Shown: one piece after another, positions 49,648 to 63,594 of the stretch
How the letters are laid out: each line of letters begins with the position of its first letter
Position numbering within the stretch: the first letter of the stretch is position 1
Assembly: GCF_041956535.1 (NCBI RefSeq)
Contig: NW_027192233.1
Coordinates: forward strand, 1-64,000
Direction: 5' to 3'
Length of the DNA stretch: 64,000 nucleotides
Source: Calcarisporiella thermophila CBS 279.70
Lineage: Eukaryota > Fungi > Calcarisporiellomycota
Translations under genes and position numbers: made by a program
Notes under the pieces: model-generated
Database searches by the model: none
The model's input: only the letters and a program-made list of their open reading frames with translations
Told to the model about the DNA's origin: nothing

Positions 49648-50883
49648 ATGTCTGTCACCGACGATTACGCTATCTCAAAACTTGGTCGCACCATCGATAA
49701 CACCTACGAGCTCGTCGACATCATCGGTCGCGGCTCCTATGGTTGCCTTTACCTCGCACGCACCATCCTCGACCAGTCTCACTACTTTGCTGTGAAGCAT
49801 CTCTCCAAGCAAGGCCTCAATCCTGTCGAGCTCTCTTTGCAGCGGGAAGAGTTCTCTCTGCATTCTCGATTGCCCGCCCATCCGAACATTGTGAAACTGG
49901 TGCGTGTTGTGGAAACCGATGAAGATGTCTGGATGGTGCTTGAACTGTGTGCCGGCGGTGATGTCTTTGACCTGATTGAGCGGGGCTGGTTGGGTGACTC
50001 GGAGGGTGTAAGATCTTGCTTCGTGCAGATCCTTCGGGCGGTGGAGCACTGCCACCTCCACGGGGTCTATCACCGGGACATCAAGCCAGAGAATATCCTT
50101 GTTGCCGAGGATGGCACGCTCAAGCTCGCCGACTTTGGCCTTGCGACCAGCGAGATCTTTATCGAGGGCGAGTATGGTGTGGGAACGTTGGCTTATTTGG
50201 CCCCTGAGCAGCATCCGGACGTGAGCGAGGCCGGAACCGTGTACGACACGGCGAAAGGAGACGTGTGGGCCCTGGGAGTATTACTGGTGGCGATGATGAC
50301 TGGGCGAAACCCGTGGCGCGAGGCCAATGCCGCCAAGGACAAGGTGTTCGCCGACTACGTGCGGAATCCGGTTGCCGTGCTCGGCCAGATGTTCCCGCAA
50401 ATATCGGCCGAGGCCCTCGCGATCCTGCTCGGGCTCCTGGCGATCGATCCCTCGAAGCGCCCCACCATCACCGAAGCGAGCAGGCAAATTCTCGCTGCGA
50501 AGATTCTGATTGTTGAGCAGAACGAGGTGGAGAAGGAGGAGGAAGTGAAGGAAGTGGCGGCCAGTAAGGAGGAGCAAGCGAAGAGGAAGCTGGCTGAGGA
50601 GCAGGCGGATGAGGAGGAAGCTAGCGAGAAGGAAGACGAGGGGTATGGCTCATATTCGCCTCCACGAATGGTCAAGTCGGTAGGCTTGTCCTCCAGCTGG
50701 TCCGACCTTGCGGACGAGGAGGGCGAAATGGATTTCTCTATGCCAGCGTTTAACGCGCTGCCTATTTCCACCTTCAATTCGTCTCCGGAAGTGCCTTTAG
50801 TACAGGAAACATCCTTTAGTATAAAAGAAAAGGGAGCTCTGGTGGAGCCCGAAGACGACGGCGTGTTCGTCTTTGAAATGTAG
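49648..50883 (+). CDS. Ser/Thr protein kinase, Ran1/Pat1 (Sks1/Vhs1)-like, intronless CDS
   Basis: gccaccATG start; GRGSYG, AVK, HPNIV, YHRDIKPEN, LADFGLAT, APE, DVWALG, GRNPW; acidic tail. Confidence 0.92.
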   Translation: MSVTDDYAISKLGRTIDNTYELVDIIGRGSYGCLYLARTILDQSHYFAVKHLSKQGLNPVELSLQREEFSLHSRLPAHPNIVKLVRVVETDEDVWMVLELCAGGDVFDLIERGWLGDSEGVRSCFVQILRAVEHCHLHGVYHRDIKPENILVAEDGTLKLADFGLATSEIFIEGEYGVGTLAYLAPEQHPDVSEAGTVYDTAKGDVWALGVLLVAMMTGRNPWREANAAKDKVFADYVRNPVAVLGQMFPQISAEALAILLGLLAIDPSKRPTITEASRQILAAKILIVEQNEVEKEEEVKEVAASKEEQAKRKLAEEQADEEEASEKEDEGYGSYSPPRMVKSVGLSSSWSDLADEEGEMDFSMPAFNALPISTFNSSPEVPLVQETSFSIKEKGALVEPEDDGVFVFEM

Positions 50884-51106
50884 ATTTTAAATCATCATTT
50901 AGTGTTTCAATAAAGTAATTCACCTTCGGCTAATGACAGCTAACCTATCGAGGACGAAGCCAAAAACCCATTGCATGTCGCATGCTCATAACTGAAACAG
51001 AAAAAGAAAGGCATTTATTTACATAAAATGAGAACAGTGACAGTATCCAATAAATAGAGTTCGACGGCACAGATCCCCCCTCCCCCCAAGGGATCCACAT
51101 TTTGAT

Positions 51107-52321
51107 CTATCCACGGTCCGACAAGGACCGGTAGAAGAGGTTGTGCGCGTTCTCCAGATCAAACATCAGCTGTCGGACATCGTCCTCTCCAAGCGTGTCG
51201 CTCGCCTTCATCTGGTTGAGGGTGATAAGCCAGTTACGCAACTTCTCCTTGGAGTCCTCGAATTCAGGCGGTAGAGACACGTAGTGTAAGCTCTGCATCA
51301 GGTCGCTGAGCTGTGGATGCAGCTGATCCACTGCCGTGAAGTTGAGCTTGAGGGCATCCATCAGGGTAATGAAATGCTAAGAAAATACAAGGGCTTGGTT
51401 AATAGTGAAGGGATGAGAGGAGGCCAAGCAAAGCTCATAGAGCAAGGGGGTCTTGGGTTATATATATTTATATATATATCCTCGATAAGAAGGAAAAAAT
51501 AGAGGGCAGGAAGTCATTACCTGCACCGTCTCTGCAACGTATTTGGCTGACCGACTAGGATCTCTACCCGACTCTGCTGCATGCTCGATCGTCGCTGGCA
51601 CTCCGATTTTCAGTAACCTATTAGCTGCCGCTGGGCATTCCAGCTGCCATGAGATTCATCGATTAGACTTCGCAATGTTCCCATCTGTATAACCATGATT
51701 TACAAGCAATAGGCTTGCATCTAGGTAAGGTCACCTACCTTATATTCTCGCATGAATTGTTCCACATCGGGTACTGCATCTCGCACCAGATTCAGGGCGG
51801 TTTTGAATTGAGCAATGAGTCTGGCACATGCGGGAGTATAGCTTGAAAGAATAGAGAAATAAACCCATTCAATGAACCAAAGGATTGTGATATAGTAAAA
51901 GTGAAGTCGATGGCTTACTCTTGAGGAGTGATGCTGTCTCGAATATAGGCTTTTTCAAGGTGTTCGACGGTGACAATGATTGCGTAAAGATCAGCCATGG
52001 TCTCATACTTCTCACGTCCTTTGCTGTTTGTATATAATTTGATTTCCTAAAAAAGGCAGTAAGGAAGGATGAGAAAGGAATACAGAGAGAAGAAACGGAG
52101 AGGGATGGAGGAAGCTGCTAGAGATACATCTGCAAAATTTGTCACGCACCTCATCTAAATTCCTGTCTTTCAATTAGAAGAAAATAAATTAGAAGACAAC
52201 TATCATTTTCACACCAATCAAACTTACTGCGATCGGTAGAGGCTGATGCAGTAGAGGGTCTAGATGCAGAATCGTTGAAGTGGAAATTGGTGGGAGTATT
52301 GTAACTTGGTGGTTGCTGCAT
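51107..52321 (-). CDS. VPS28: ESCRT-I subunit Vps28, multi-exon
   Basis: REKYETMADLYAIIVTVEHLEKAYIRD, YTPACARLIAQFK, FITLMDALKLN, DQLHPQLSDL, WLITLNQMKASD, RQLMFDLE. Confidence 0.96.
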
Positions 52322-53853
52322 CTTGAGTGATTGGTATATAGAGAACTTGCCCTGACTAAAGTTGCTTTTCCCCATATAGGCAGGTCGACTGCGCCTTAAA
52401 GCCGATTTGAAATCTTAAAGAAAATACCAACGCGAAGTCGAAACCACACTAGATTACCCTATATGATAGTGATAAATCAGGATTTTACTGAGAGCCTCTC
52501 TGATTTACCAAGCCGCCCATTTGTCAACTATAGCCATTATAAAAGCACTCTTAATACATCTATTGGTTGCGAAAGCGGGTTGGGGTCACTAGGGCTGAGT
52601 CTCGACGTGTCGAGCAGCCCACTAGTGATTTTTAATCCATTGTGTGGCATGTTTGATCTCTCGGCGGCAGATATTCGAGCAATCGCAGCCGAGTAGACCT
52701 AACCTCAAGGCCGCACACCTGGTGTCACTGCCTATGAAGGGCCTAGAATGGCCAATGTGCCCTGCCATTGCGCATGGCTCATGGCTATAGATCTCTCGAC
52801 CTAGATCTCAGAGGTTGATTGCGAGACAGAGGCTTTCGGGTAGCACACCATCGTAGCTTCACTAATGTAAATAGTAGCGGCAGGCGACTACCGCCGGTTT
52901 GACGGGGGATGATCTGTGGCTTTCTGAAAGTTTAAACTAGAAACTCCGATATCGAAATTCACAACGAACTTTGAGAGAGCCTTCAGTTCCTTGAAAGCTC
53001 TCCATGGACGTTAGAGCTAGAACCATGGCGATGACCCACAGCGGGACAGTCTGGTGGATGGGAGAGATCCGTATTGGTATGCAAGTTCAGATCGTTCCGC
53101 AATCTCGGCTGGCAATGGACCATCCTAAACCCAGGTAAAACGCCGGTTCTGGTCTGATTCGAGGTGGAGATATTGGGTGTCACCACCTTTCCCCGAAGGC
53201 CTTCCTGAAATCAAGGCAATAGCGAGCCAGAGCCGCTCATGACGGGAGGGGCGGCGGCGGGCGGATGCGAAGCCATCCAAAGCCCAGAGCGAAACCGCCC
53301 GGGCCTGGCAATGGAACGAACAAAGGGAATTTTTGCGAATTTTGCGGAGCTGCGATCACAGACGGAAGAAGTAATTGCATTGCTTTAATAACAAGCTTGG
53401 AAATTCCAGCTTCGGCCAATTGGAGGCCAACTTCTAAATTAAACGTAAAAAAAACAATCATTATTTCCTTCTTCACACATCTTCGCGCCTCCCCCTTCTT
53501 TCCCTCCCTCCGGATCGAATCCAGCAAAATATCTCACTGTCTCAACAACGAGTCCTACTCGCTCTTTTTATTTGGTCTCCTCATTAACGTTGCATGCGCA
53601 TCGCTCTTTCCTCTCTCTCCGGCCATTGCCTCTCCACGCTCTCTCCCTTCACCACCCACATACGCGCTAATTTTGTATCGATTGTTCCCCCGAGGATCAT
53701 CAAGGTACGTTGAAATCTTCCGAACCTCATCTCTCCCATCCATCGACGCTTAATCTGCGTCTCCTCACCTATTCAACAGGCGTCGCTACCAGTCTACGCT
53801 TCTTCTCTCCGGATATCCATGAAGTGCCCACGATACCAATAGGATATACCAGT

Positions 53854-54574
53854 ATGTTACGTCCCGTTCTCTTACCAGCAGTGCACGCAGAGATGCGCCG
53901 TGCCATCGACATCAATCTCAACCCGGTGGATAACAATAAACCGCCGCCATCTCCGGACCAGAATCAGAATAATGGCAACCCCAATAACAACAATGGGAAT
54001 AATGCGAAAGATCCTAACGAGGCTCCCACCGTACAGCCGAATAAGCCTCCCGCATCTACGCAGCCGCCAGTCTCCGAACCACCCCCCATCACCTCTACTA
54101 TCACTCTGACCCCCAGTCGCACACCACCTCCCGCCACTTCCCGACCCGCCACCACCACCTCGGCTAAACCCGTGGTAACGAGTGGAACCATCACATCCTA
54201 TGTCACAGTACCGCCACCCAGCGAAGCTCTGCCTGGCCCTACTGCGGCAGCGCAGCAGGTGCAGCCGAAAGATGACGGCAGCGGCGGTCAGCTCGTCACG
54301 GCAGGAATAGCAATTGGATGTGTGGTCGTAGCGGCTGCCATTGGGATCTGGATTTTCAGAAAATGGAAACTCTCGGTAGATATTAACGGAGCGCATTGGA
54401 TTGGGCATCTTTGAGCTAGAAATGGTGTATTGACTCTTTCCTCCCTCTTCTTTTTTTTTTTTCTATTAGCCGTCGCGCGATTTCAAGGAGAAGATACAAG
54501 GGGGAGGGAACCCTTTCCGACAACGAACACACGAATCAGATACAGTGTTCCTACGTGAGCTGCAGGAACCATAG
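53854..54574 (+). CDS. Single-pass membrane protein with Pro/Thr/Ser/Asn-rich N-region (Mid2/Wsc-like architecture), 2 coding exons
   Basis: Low-complexity stalk, TM LVTAGIAIGCVVVAAAIGIWIF, RKWKLS|PSRDFK, tail TVFLRELQEP*. Probable 5' UTR intron 53705-53779. Start codon uncertain. Confidence 0.75.
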
Positions 54575-56725
54575 TATTTATTTCTTACCATCCTCCACCC
54601 CATCCCTTCTCTCGCTTCCCCCGCCTCTTCCTCCACCACCCCCGTCGCTGCCGCCTTCGCCGCCACCTTTTTCTTTGCTTCTATTTGTGAGATTTTTCAT
54701 AAACCTACTATCATACAGATATCTTTTTAAGTCCTTTTTATTATGATTTTTAACTTCTTGCTATATTCTTGCTATTGTTATTATTGGTTTCTTTTCTTAT
54801 CAACCCTTTTCTCTACCTTGTCCTACCTCTAGTCTTTTTTCACTCTTTTTTGCTTGTTTCAAAGGCTCTCAATCTTAAACACTTTCCAAATGGATATCAA
54901 ATACTGTGTGAATGAATGAGATTTCTGGCCAAGGTGGGATGAATTCAGCGAGCCATGGTTTCCTCTTAGCTATTGTAATAGTGAATGGGAGTTATTTTGA
55001 CGTGTATTGCAATATACTGTTTTTTTTTATACATGCAATGGGATGGATAAAGATGATCTCGAAAGGTGTAATTCACCTTGTTTATTATTCCATAGTGTAG
55101 ATGGCATCGAGCCCAAGTGGGATTACCCTAGGACCCTCCTTAATTCCCCCTGTTGGCAGCCCAATTCGACCTGAATTTCATATGATCCGATTTAGGAAGC
55201 TATTAAAACTGCGAAAGGACTATTGGGATTTTTCAAGGAATTACGATAGACCTCAAGGAATTCAAGCCCGATGCTCTCATCTCACGTCCAAGCCATGATC
55301 CCCTCTTGCAGAGCAACGGCACAGAAAGACGCGTCACATTGGATCCACCTCCCGTAGGATGCTGCCTACGGGTAGCCATTATAGAACAGGCCATGGGAAA
55401 TTATTCGATTCAGAAGCAACATCGTCGCCTTCGCTCAATCCTCCCCTTTCCTTACCGTAAGTGCACCATTCGCTTCCCCCAGAGCTACCTGGATTCCATC
55501 CACTCTTGTCCATCTCTTTTTATTAGGATAGTTGTAATATGTTGGTGACTCTGCAAATATCAGTCAAAGCGTGGGAGACAATTCTTGAATATGTATCAGC
55601 GGAATTAAGGAACCCTGCGTTTGTTGGAGAGTTGTCACTCCGCGTATTAACAGATATGCGTAGGTTGCGTTATTTCAACTGCAGTTTGAATTATGTGGGC
55701 AATTCCATCCTCTCGCCTAAGGCGCAATAGGAGCAAAGTAAACTTCGTTGACACTATTGTCATTGAACTAAACTGGAGATGTAGTCACTCGGCCGACAGA
55801 TGAATGATACTCAAGGGCTAACTCGCTCCAAACAGCTCAATTATTTTGTAGATGAAAAGATCTTGCACTGCCAACAATTTTGCACAAACCCCTATTTTGA
55901 AAAGATGGATAGAATTCGAGCAAAAAAAAGCCAGTGTTTCCCCTACTCCCTCACATCTTGGTATAAATAAATGCGATTCTCTGAGTCATTCATTCGTAAG
56001 GAATGCAAACCCGTGTGTATACAATTCATCTCCGGATTTTCCCTTAACCTATATTCTCACACAACCGCTCCACTGAAGATTCTCAACCTGATGATGCTCT
56101 ACTATTGCCTTGACGGAATGTAAAATGTTGCATGTGCCCAGGTCTTGATTATTGTTTGCATTAAAGATAAGTCCCATTTGAGACTAGAGTCCTCGCTGTT
56201 TTTATTTTTTTAATTAATGGATTGCCATGCAATGGATCTCGACCGTCGGAGTGGGGGGTGCATTGCATATTAGAAGCATATTAATTGCAAATCGACAACT
56301 GGATAGAAAACTGGTATACCAGAGCAAGTCGCCTCAGAGGTGAAGAGGATGCTGAGACGTACAAGTTTGAATTTGAAAACATTCCCAAACCCTTAGTCTA
56401 GCCCAATAGCCCACATCTCCCTGCCCAAAGGAGATGTAAAACGTGCTAGGATTCATGACTCGATCATGAATACGCTGACTCTCAAATACTCGCTGACTCC
56501 CGAAATTGTAATCCTGTCTTACTCGAGGCAGCCGTGTGACTTTGAATTTTTTAACTCTTTTCATCTAATTTCTCGCAACTCGCTCTTCTTCTGAATCCGC
56601 TTCCTGAATTCATTCTAATTCCATTTGGCTCTCTATCATTAATCTTCACCCGCCACTCCACCAAGCTCCTTCCTCCCCCTCCCCTCCCTCACCCCTCCCC
56701 TGCATTTCACAGCCACTAATTATCC

Positions 56726-57571
56726 ATGGAGAGCGACAAGTCTACGTCAAGTGATCAAGCTTCCGATGCCAGCATTAGCGAGAAGCCACTTATTCGCATA
56801 TCGCCTCCACAGTTTGACTTTCTTCGTAAGTAATCTCCATTTGTCTCAGAAGCTTGCATGCCATCTAAATTGCCTTTCGCTATGAAATCATTTTCTAGCT
56901 TCGAGAAATGGTAATGGCTATGTGAGCCGGCTCTCTATTCGTAATATGCTCGGCAACTCAATTGGGTTTAAATTTAAGGTAATTTTGCCGCTTTTTTCAT
57001 TGAATCTAAGAAGGAATCCAACCATTGACCCCGCAATCTGTTTCCATCTCAGACAAACGCACCTACGCGCTACAGCGTAAAGCCTGTGCTGGCGACCTTG
57101 GGTCCTCACGAGTCCCTTGAGATTTATGTACGAAGTGATTCGGAGGTCAAACCCGGGGACAAATTTTTGATGCAGAGCATCTCCCTCACCGATGAGGAGG
57201 CGCGTCAACTAGACGCACGATTTTGGCGCGAGTTGGACCGGCGGAGAGTTATGGAAAACCTGATAGCATGCCGGGTCGCGCAGCCGCCAGTGGCGGCCAG
57301 ACCGGAGCAGGAGATGAAGAAAAACAGCAGAGGAGAGGTAAGTTGATGTGATTGGAATTCAAGCAAGCGTATGCACGGCTAAATGAGCATCCACCCTCCT
57401 CCTTCCTCTCATTAGAAACTCGACTCCGCACTTCATTGGATGTTCGCGGTGCGCTATACGAGAATTCAGCTGTTGATTATCTCTTTTCTGTGTATTCTAG
57501 TAGGGTTCATCCTCCCAATCGAACGATATATCCACGTCTTCTATGGCGGTGAAATGGAAGATCGGCTTTAG
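56726..57571 (+). CDS. MSP-domain (VAP/Scs2-like) tail-anchored protein, 4 exons
   Basis: IGFKFK|TNAPTRYSVKP, DKFLMQS, C-terminal hydrophobic segment LLIISFLCILVGFILPI. Confidence 0.85.
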
Positions 57572-58853
57572 CTGCTTCCTCAATTTATTTCTCAGTCGCT
57601 TCTATTCTTGTCTCATTGTTTTGTATAAACTTGTCTGTTCACTTGCCGTCCGATCCCAATTCATCCATTTTCTTAGTGTATTTCTTCACCAGTCTATCTT
57701 CATCCTCTCTACCACTTCTGTTTTTTTATCTTCCTCACAGTCTTCTTGCTCTCTAATTCCTTTATCCATTACTGACGTTTAGTTGCTGTTTTGTAACCTT
57801 TACATCATTCACGCATACAAACAAAGTAGTTTCGAATTAAGTAATTTCTCTTAATAGATTTCTCAAACACATAGGAAAGCCTAAGCATACAAAGTTATGG
57901 AGATTGAGTCGTAATTCGAGCGGAGACCCACTTTGGTTCTAGTTGAACGTAAGTCCAATAAATATGTGCCTTTCATTAGGTTGTAGGCCATCTTGGCTGA
58001 AGGGATATTGCAGAGTTCTGGAGATCATAGAGATTCATCGTGGCTTTGCGCACTTGTTGCCCATCCTTAATTTTCATTCAGTACTCGTGGCATCTTCTCT
58101 ATGCAATGTCGTTGAATCTGCACTTAAAAACATGAAAAAAAATGAAATATTTAATTAGATTCTTTTAATCTAATAGAAATGGAATTTAACAAACGAACCA
58201 TTGATGAACCAATTTTATTTCTGGACGCTAATTTGGAGAGGATATTTAATTACACAATCGAAGCAGGTAGGGGAAAAGATGCGACAGGTTACCGGTGCTC
58301 TCAATGACCACAGCAGCTCTCCAACTAGATGGGGTGGAAAATACGCGTTGTCTAATAGAGCAAGTGGCCTTATTCATGCTTGGCTGTAAAGGTTTAGCCA
58401 CGAAGGAGATGCTTTTTGAGAAATTCTGTAGGCAATAATCCAGGCTTGACATAATACCTGAAGCCTCCTCACTTTTGGATGGGGAAAAATGGTGGAATAG
58501 CCGGAGCCTACCATTCAACATTGTATTATCCTCTGGGAATTTGAAGGATGGATAGAATATTGAGTTAATTCATCTTTTGGAGAATTATGGGGAATTCTCG
58601 GAATGAAAATGTATAGTTTTTCGATCACGATGCAAGTGAACAGCCAAGCTTTCATTCGTTCAAGGTGCGCCTCACCCATTGTTTCCATTACTTCAAGTTC
58701 ACTGTCTCCAATAGACTCTATTGGAGACAGAGCGCGTGAAGCACAGTAGTATCAAAACTATGTCAAAACTGATCTCAAATAATACCGATTATATTCAAAT
58801 TAGATTACATCCATATATAATAAATATTTACTCTGTGCTAAACACACTTTCAA

Positions 58854-61094
58854 TCACCCCCGTAATCGTGCCTTCTTCCGCTCCTTCTGCGCCCTCGAGC
58901 TAACATCGGCAGAGAAAGAGGAAGAAACCGGGTGGGCAGGGGCAAGGTATTGAGCTATTCCTCGAAGGCCAAACAGACGCTGCATTCTCTGAAAAGTCGA
59001 TATTTTCGTGGCCTCTTGTTGGCTATTGTTGGTAGTCGCCACAAAGGATAGGCGATTAAGCTTGTTTCGATGTGGGTTGGACCGGAGGCTTGGAGGAGAG
59101 AGCGAGGCCCTCACGGTGGGAACTTCCCGTTGCTCTGGCATGATGTCAGCTTGGAATCGGAGAGGTGTATTCCATCGGAGCGAGTGGTCATCTTCCCGTT
59201 GATTTGCTCTTGAGAGAGGCGGAGGTTGTCGCGCGAACATAACGTTGTCACTTCTTCTAATAAGTTCGGGTGCTGAGTCTGAGGATGCCAAGTTGGAAGA
59301 ATAGGGCTCCAATAAGGGGTGTATGACAGGTAAAGTTTGTTCAGAAGAGGTGAGCCCGTCGTGTAAAGGACTTTTCTCAATGATTGATGACGCGGTCGAA
59401 GATGGGTCCTGCAGTTCGCTCTCTGTGATTTCTTCAGAAGCAGTAGAGGGGGTGGGAATAGGTTCGAGCGCAGTCCTTTTCATTGCTTCCTTTGCCTTCT
59501 TCTTTTCATTCGATTCAGGGATCGCCTTCGCCGCTCCACGCCTGTACCTTACATATTCTCTTCTCTCCCTCATCACCCAAGACCTCCCATTCTTTCCGTG
59601 TTGAGAGGATTCTTTGCGGTCTATTTTTGATATCTCGCAGGGCGCTATGGTTCTTCGTCGTCCCCAGCGCAATCCTTTTGTGTCACGTTTCTCCACGCCT
59701 TTCCCTTTGACTGCGCTGCCTTCAAAGTCATCATTGGGAATGCTTTCGTCCTTCTGCTGCCATTCTTTCCCATTATTATGATGGGTATCAACAATAACTA
59801 CTTGTAATAGGTCATCTTGGTCATAGAGCGGCCGAATGATGGGGAGACTCTTGCTCCGAGCTACAGGTCTGTTCTGGGGACGTATTCCTTTATTCCGTGG
59901 GGAACTTCTCTTTGGGCTTGATGGTTTCTCGCCCTTCGGCGCCTTCTCGGTAAATATGCTAGGGGTATCATTTTGGGACGGGATCTGTTTGAGCTCCTCC
60001 TCAACGCCTTTAGAGGAGTTCGCTGAGATTTGCTTGTTAAATGCGTGTATAGGCAAGGGAGGCGGGGGTCCAAGCGCCGCCATTGTGGTATACTGTGGGA
60101 TAGAGAACTTTGACTGGTGTTCTATCAAGAAAGAGATCACGCGCTGGGAAAGTCGGTATTCTGTGGGAGCTAGCATTGGAGGTGCAAGAATCCCCGGCGC
60201 AAATACAGATGCCAGATTATTTGCATCCATGCGGTTCCACCGGCTATTGACGGCAAAGACGGAGAGAAGATCCAATAAATAGAGCAAAAGGTACTGGTGC
60301 GGTAGTGGTATTTGCTCGATGAGCGACTGAAAGGCTAGCACACGGCCCTCTTCTGACATCTCTTTACCTAGTTCAGAGGCAAACAACAGAAGAGGTTATC
60401 TCCTTTGAATAAAGCTCAAATGCAATGAAAAGCATATCTAACCCATCACAGAGAGAAAAGAGGAATAAAAGTTATGAGGTATAATAGGTACTGGCAAATA
60501 GTTGATAAATCGCCTCAAGATATTCGCCGCGTCATGCACACTGTATCCCCGCCAATTCAAGTCGGAGCCGTAGGTGGGAGGAGTATCAAAAATGTCCTGC
60601 AAACAGCCAACTCGTTTAGCAGACCCGGATATACGGAATATACCTTCAACGAATACCGCTTTATAAAGAAAAAAAAAGGAAAAAACTTCGTCAGCCCTAA
60701 CGCAATGTTGTCGATTGTGCCAAGAACTACCTTGGGACTTTAGAAATGATCCACATTTGGCCACTATGATGGGTATATAGCCATAGCACTGCTCGTTACC
60801 ATCCACATAACTGATTGGAACGCAAGCATAGGCGGCCAATGTCATAAGCGGAACTCCAAATAGATATCCCGCTGCAGAGTGTCCAGAGCATGAAATCAAT
60901 CAAAACAATGTCATAATAATTCGTTAATGTGAGCCATTCATCAATTTCGTTGAATTATGAATTTAACTACATTTCTTTATCATGAGCCCCGAATCAAATA
61001 CATTACTTGGGGTCGCATGGGTAGGGGATGGCGGAACATCCATGTTTGACCGCGAACGGCGCCAGAACTTCCACTTTGCCGTGGATTTTGACAT
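58854..61094 (-). CDS. Rho GTPase-activating protein (Sac7/Bag7-like), 4 exons
   Basis: LFGVPL, GYIPIIVAKCGSFLK, EGIFRISGS arginine finger, HDAANILRRF, NRMDANNLASVFAPGIL. Confidence 0.93.
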
Positions 61095-61890
61095 AATTAG
61101 AGTGAAGAGTGGGAGAAAGGAGACAACGGTTCAAAAGAGATTCTCTTCAATGGTACCCAATTCCACCAGAGAACAGAGCATACATAGTTTGTTGTTCATA
61201 AAATGGCTAATCCCTTTGATGTTTTTTTTTACCTGCTTTCCTTTTTTCAAAGAAAACTTGAGCAATAGGACTTTCTAATTCAGGCCTGAGTTTTGTTTGC
61301 CCTCAGGTGGCTGTCATTATTTTAAATTTAGTCTATGGCTCTCAATCTGACACTCTCGCAATAGCCTGGCGCGGATAGTCTGTGCATGTCCAAAAGCCAC
61401 GTAGGTTTTCTAATCATCACCTTTTTTTCCTTTTCATATCTCTAATTGAGAAATCTTGTGGTATACCAAGCCCTGTGAATTAATAATAAAAGATCGCTTT
61501 TTTTGGGAGGATTGTATTACTATACTGAATGACCGTTCAAGTATCGATCTATTGAGAATATAGTGGATTGAAAGTCGAGTAATCATTCAACCACCGTAAA
61601 ATTTTGGATGCACCGTTTATAAGTTATTATTTTCTTTTGTAATCCTATGTAGCGCGTCTATATTGCATTCATATATTTATCCTTTTGCATTGAGCGCTAC
61701 GGGCTAAGTGTTATCCGATTTTTGTATAGTTGCCTATCCAGCGAGACCAATCACCGGATACTTGGACCAATACGTCACTCTTTTTTTTTTCCAACATCCG
61801 ATTGTATTTACTGTTCTGTTTTGTTCATCCTCCTTGAGTAACTTTTTCTTCTTGTCAATTATCGTCGGGTGGGGATCGTACAATAAAACA

Positions 61891-63189
61891 ATGTTCCTTA
61901 CCAGGTCTACTGTTGCGCTTCGCTCTCTTAGCATCAAGGTATACCGTTTTCAGTGGAGCACGATGCAAAGCAAGCTATTAATGAATTCTATTTTGTAATG
62001 TGTATCTAGGCGACTGCCGCTCGTGCATTTTCATCAGCTACCGATGCCTTCCCCACTACCCGCGAAAACCTTACTGAAGCTTTCAAAGGAACCAAAAATG
62101 CCGACGTAATTAGATTTTATTATCCACCTTATTCTTTACACCTAAATTAATGAATTCGATTATGAATTTTTTTTTCTGGGTTAACAGGGTAATTACACAG
62201 TGACTCTAATTCCTGGTGATGGCATTGGACCTGAGATCTCCAAGTCCGTGGTCCAGATTTTCAAGGAAGCTAAAGCGCCTATTGAATGGGAGCCTGTCGA
62301 TGTTACCCCCGTTATCAAGAACGGAAAGACTGCAATCCCGGACGAGGCTATTGAATCCGTCCGCAAAAACACCGTCGCCTTGAAGGGTCCCCTCGCTACT
62401 CCAATTGGCAAGGGTCATGTCTCTCTAAATCTGACTCTACGTCGCACCTTCAACCTGTATGCTAATGTGCGCCCTTGCAAATCGATTGTTGGATACAAAA
62501 CCCTCTACGATAATGTCGACACAGTTCTTATCCGCGAAAACACTGAGGGCGAATACTCCGGTATTGAACACGAGGTGGTCAATGGTGTCGTCCAGTCCAT
62601 CAAATTGATCACAAGGGAAGCTTCGGAGCGCGTGGCTCGTTACGCATTCACCTATGCAAGCGAAGTTGGACGTGAACGCGTCACAGCCGTACACAAGGCC
62701 AACATCATGAAGATGTCCGATGGTATGTTCCTTGACGCCTGCGAGCGTGTTTCTCGAGACTTCCCTGGTATCCAATTCGATGAGGTGCTTCTCGACCGTG
62801 CTTGCCTGCACATCACCCAGGATCCCTCTCTATACAAGGACACCGTCATGGTAATGCCCAACTTGTATGGTGATATCTTGTCAGACATGTGCGCCGGTCT
62901 TATTGGCGGTTTAGGGTTGACCCCATCCGGAAACATCGGCCGCGACGCTTCGATCTTCGAGGCTGTCCACGGCACTGCCCCCGATATTGCCGGCCAGGAC
63001 AAGGCGAACCCGACTGCTCTCCTTCTCTCCGCCATCATGATGTTGCGTCACATGCGCCTGACGGACTATGCTGAGCGAATCGAGCGTGCTGTGCTCAAGA
63101 CCATTGCCGACGGTAAGGTGCTCACTGGAGATCTTGGTGGTCGGTCGACCAACACGGAGTTCACCAAGGAGATTATTCGCAATCTCTAA
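61891..63189 (+). CDS. IDH2: Mitochondrial NAD-dependent isocitrate dehydrogenase, catalytic subunit (3 exons)
   Basis: Presequence; [51 protein letters not shown] with catalytic Asps, [13 protein letters not shown]. Confidence 0.95.
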
Positions 63190-63594
63190 GCCGTTTTTAT
63201 CTATTGTTTTAAAAATATTTATCCCTTATTCCCATTTCTCCTCCATCCCTCGTACTTTGCCATCCTCCCCTAATCTTCCTAGGGATTGAATTACAAGTTT
63301 CTATAGACCTTTCTTGCCTCCCTCTATTTATACACAAAAATGAAATCCTTCCTAGACGAGGTTACCAAATACAATACACTCTTTGCTATTTATCGGCAGT
63401 TTTTTGAAAAACGAGTACTGGTATTGTATATGATACTATATAAATAGACGGGGAAAATATAGATAAGAAGAAACGCAAGAGTAAAGACAAAGAATGGAGG
63501 AAAGAGGGGGAAATTGTTTGGAGAAGAAGCAGTATTAGGTGTATGGAAGAATAGCAATGTTCATCTATTAAATAACTTGCTGAATAATATTTGC

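Noticed and set aside
49675-50777. Long antisense and alternate-frame ORFs over the kinase (likewise over the P450, RhoGAP and IDH2)
   Set aside because: Shadow ORFs caused by GC-rich codon bias
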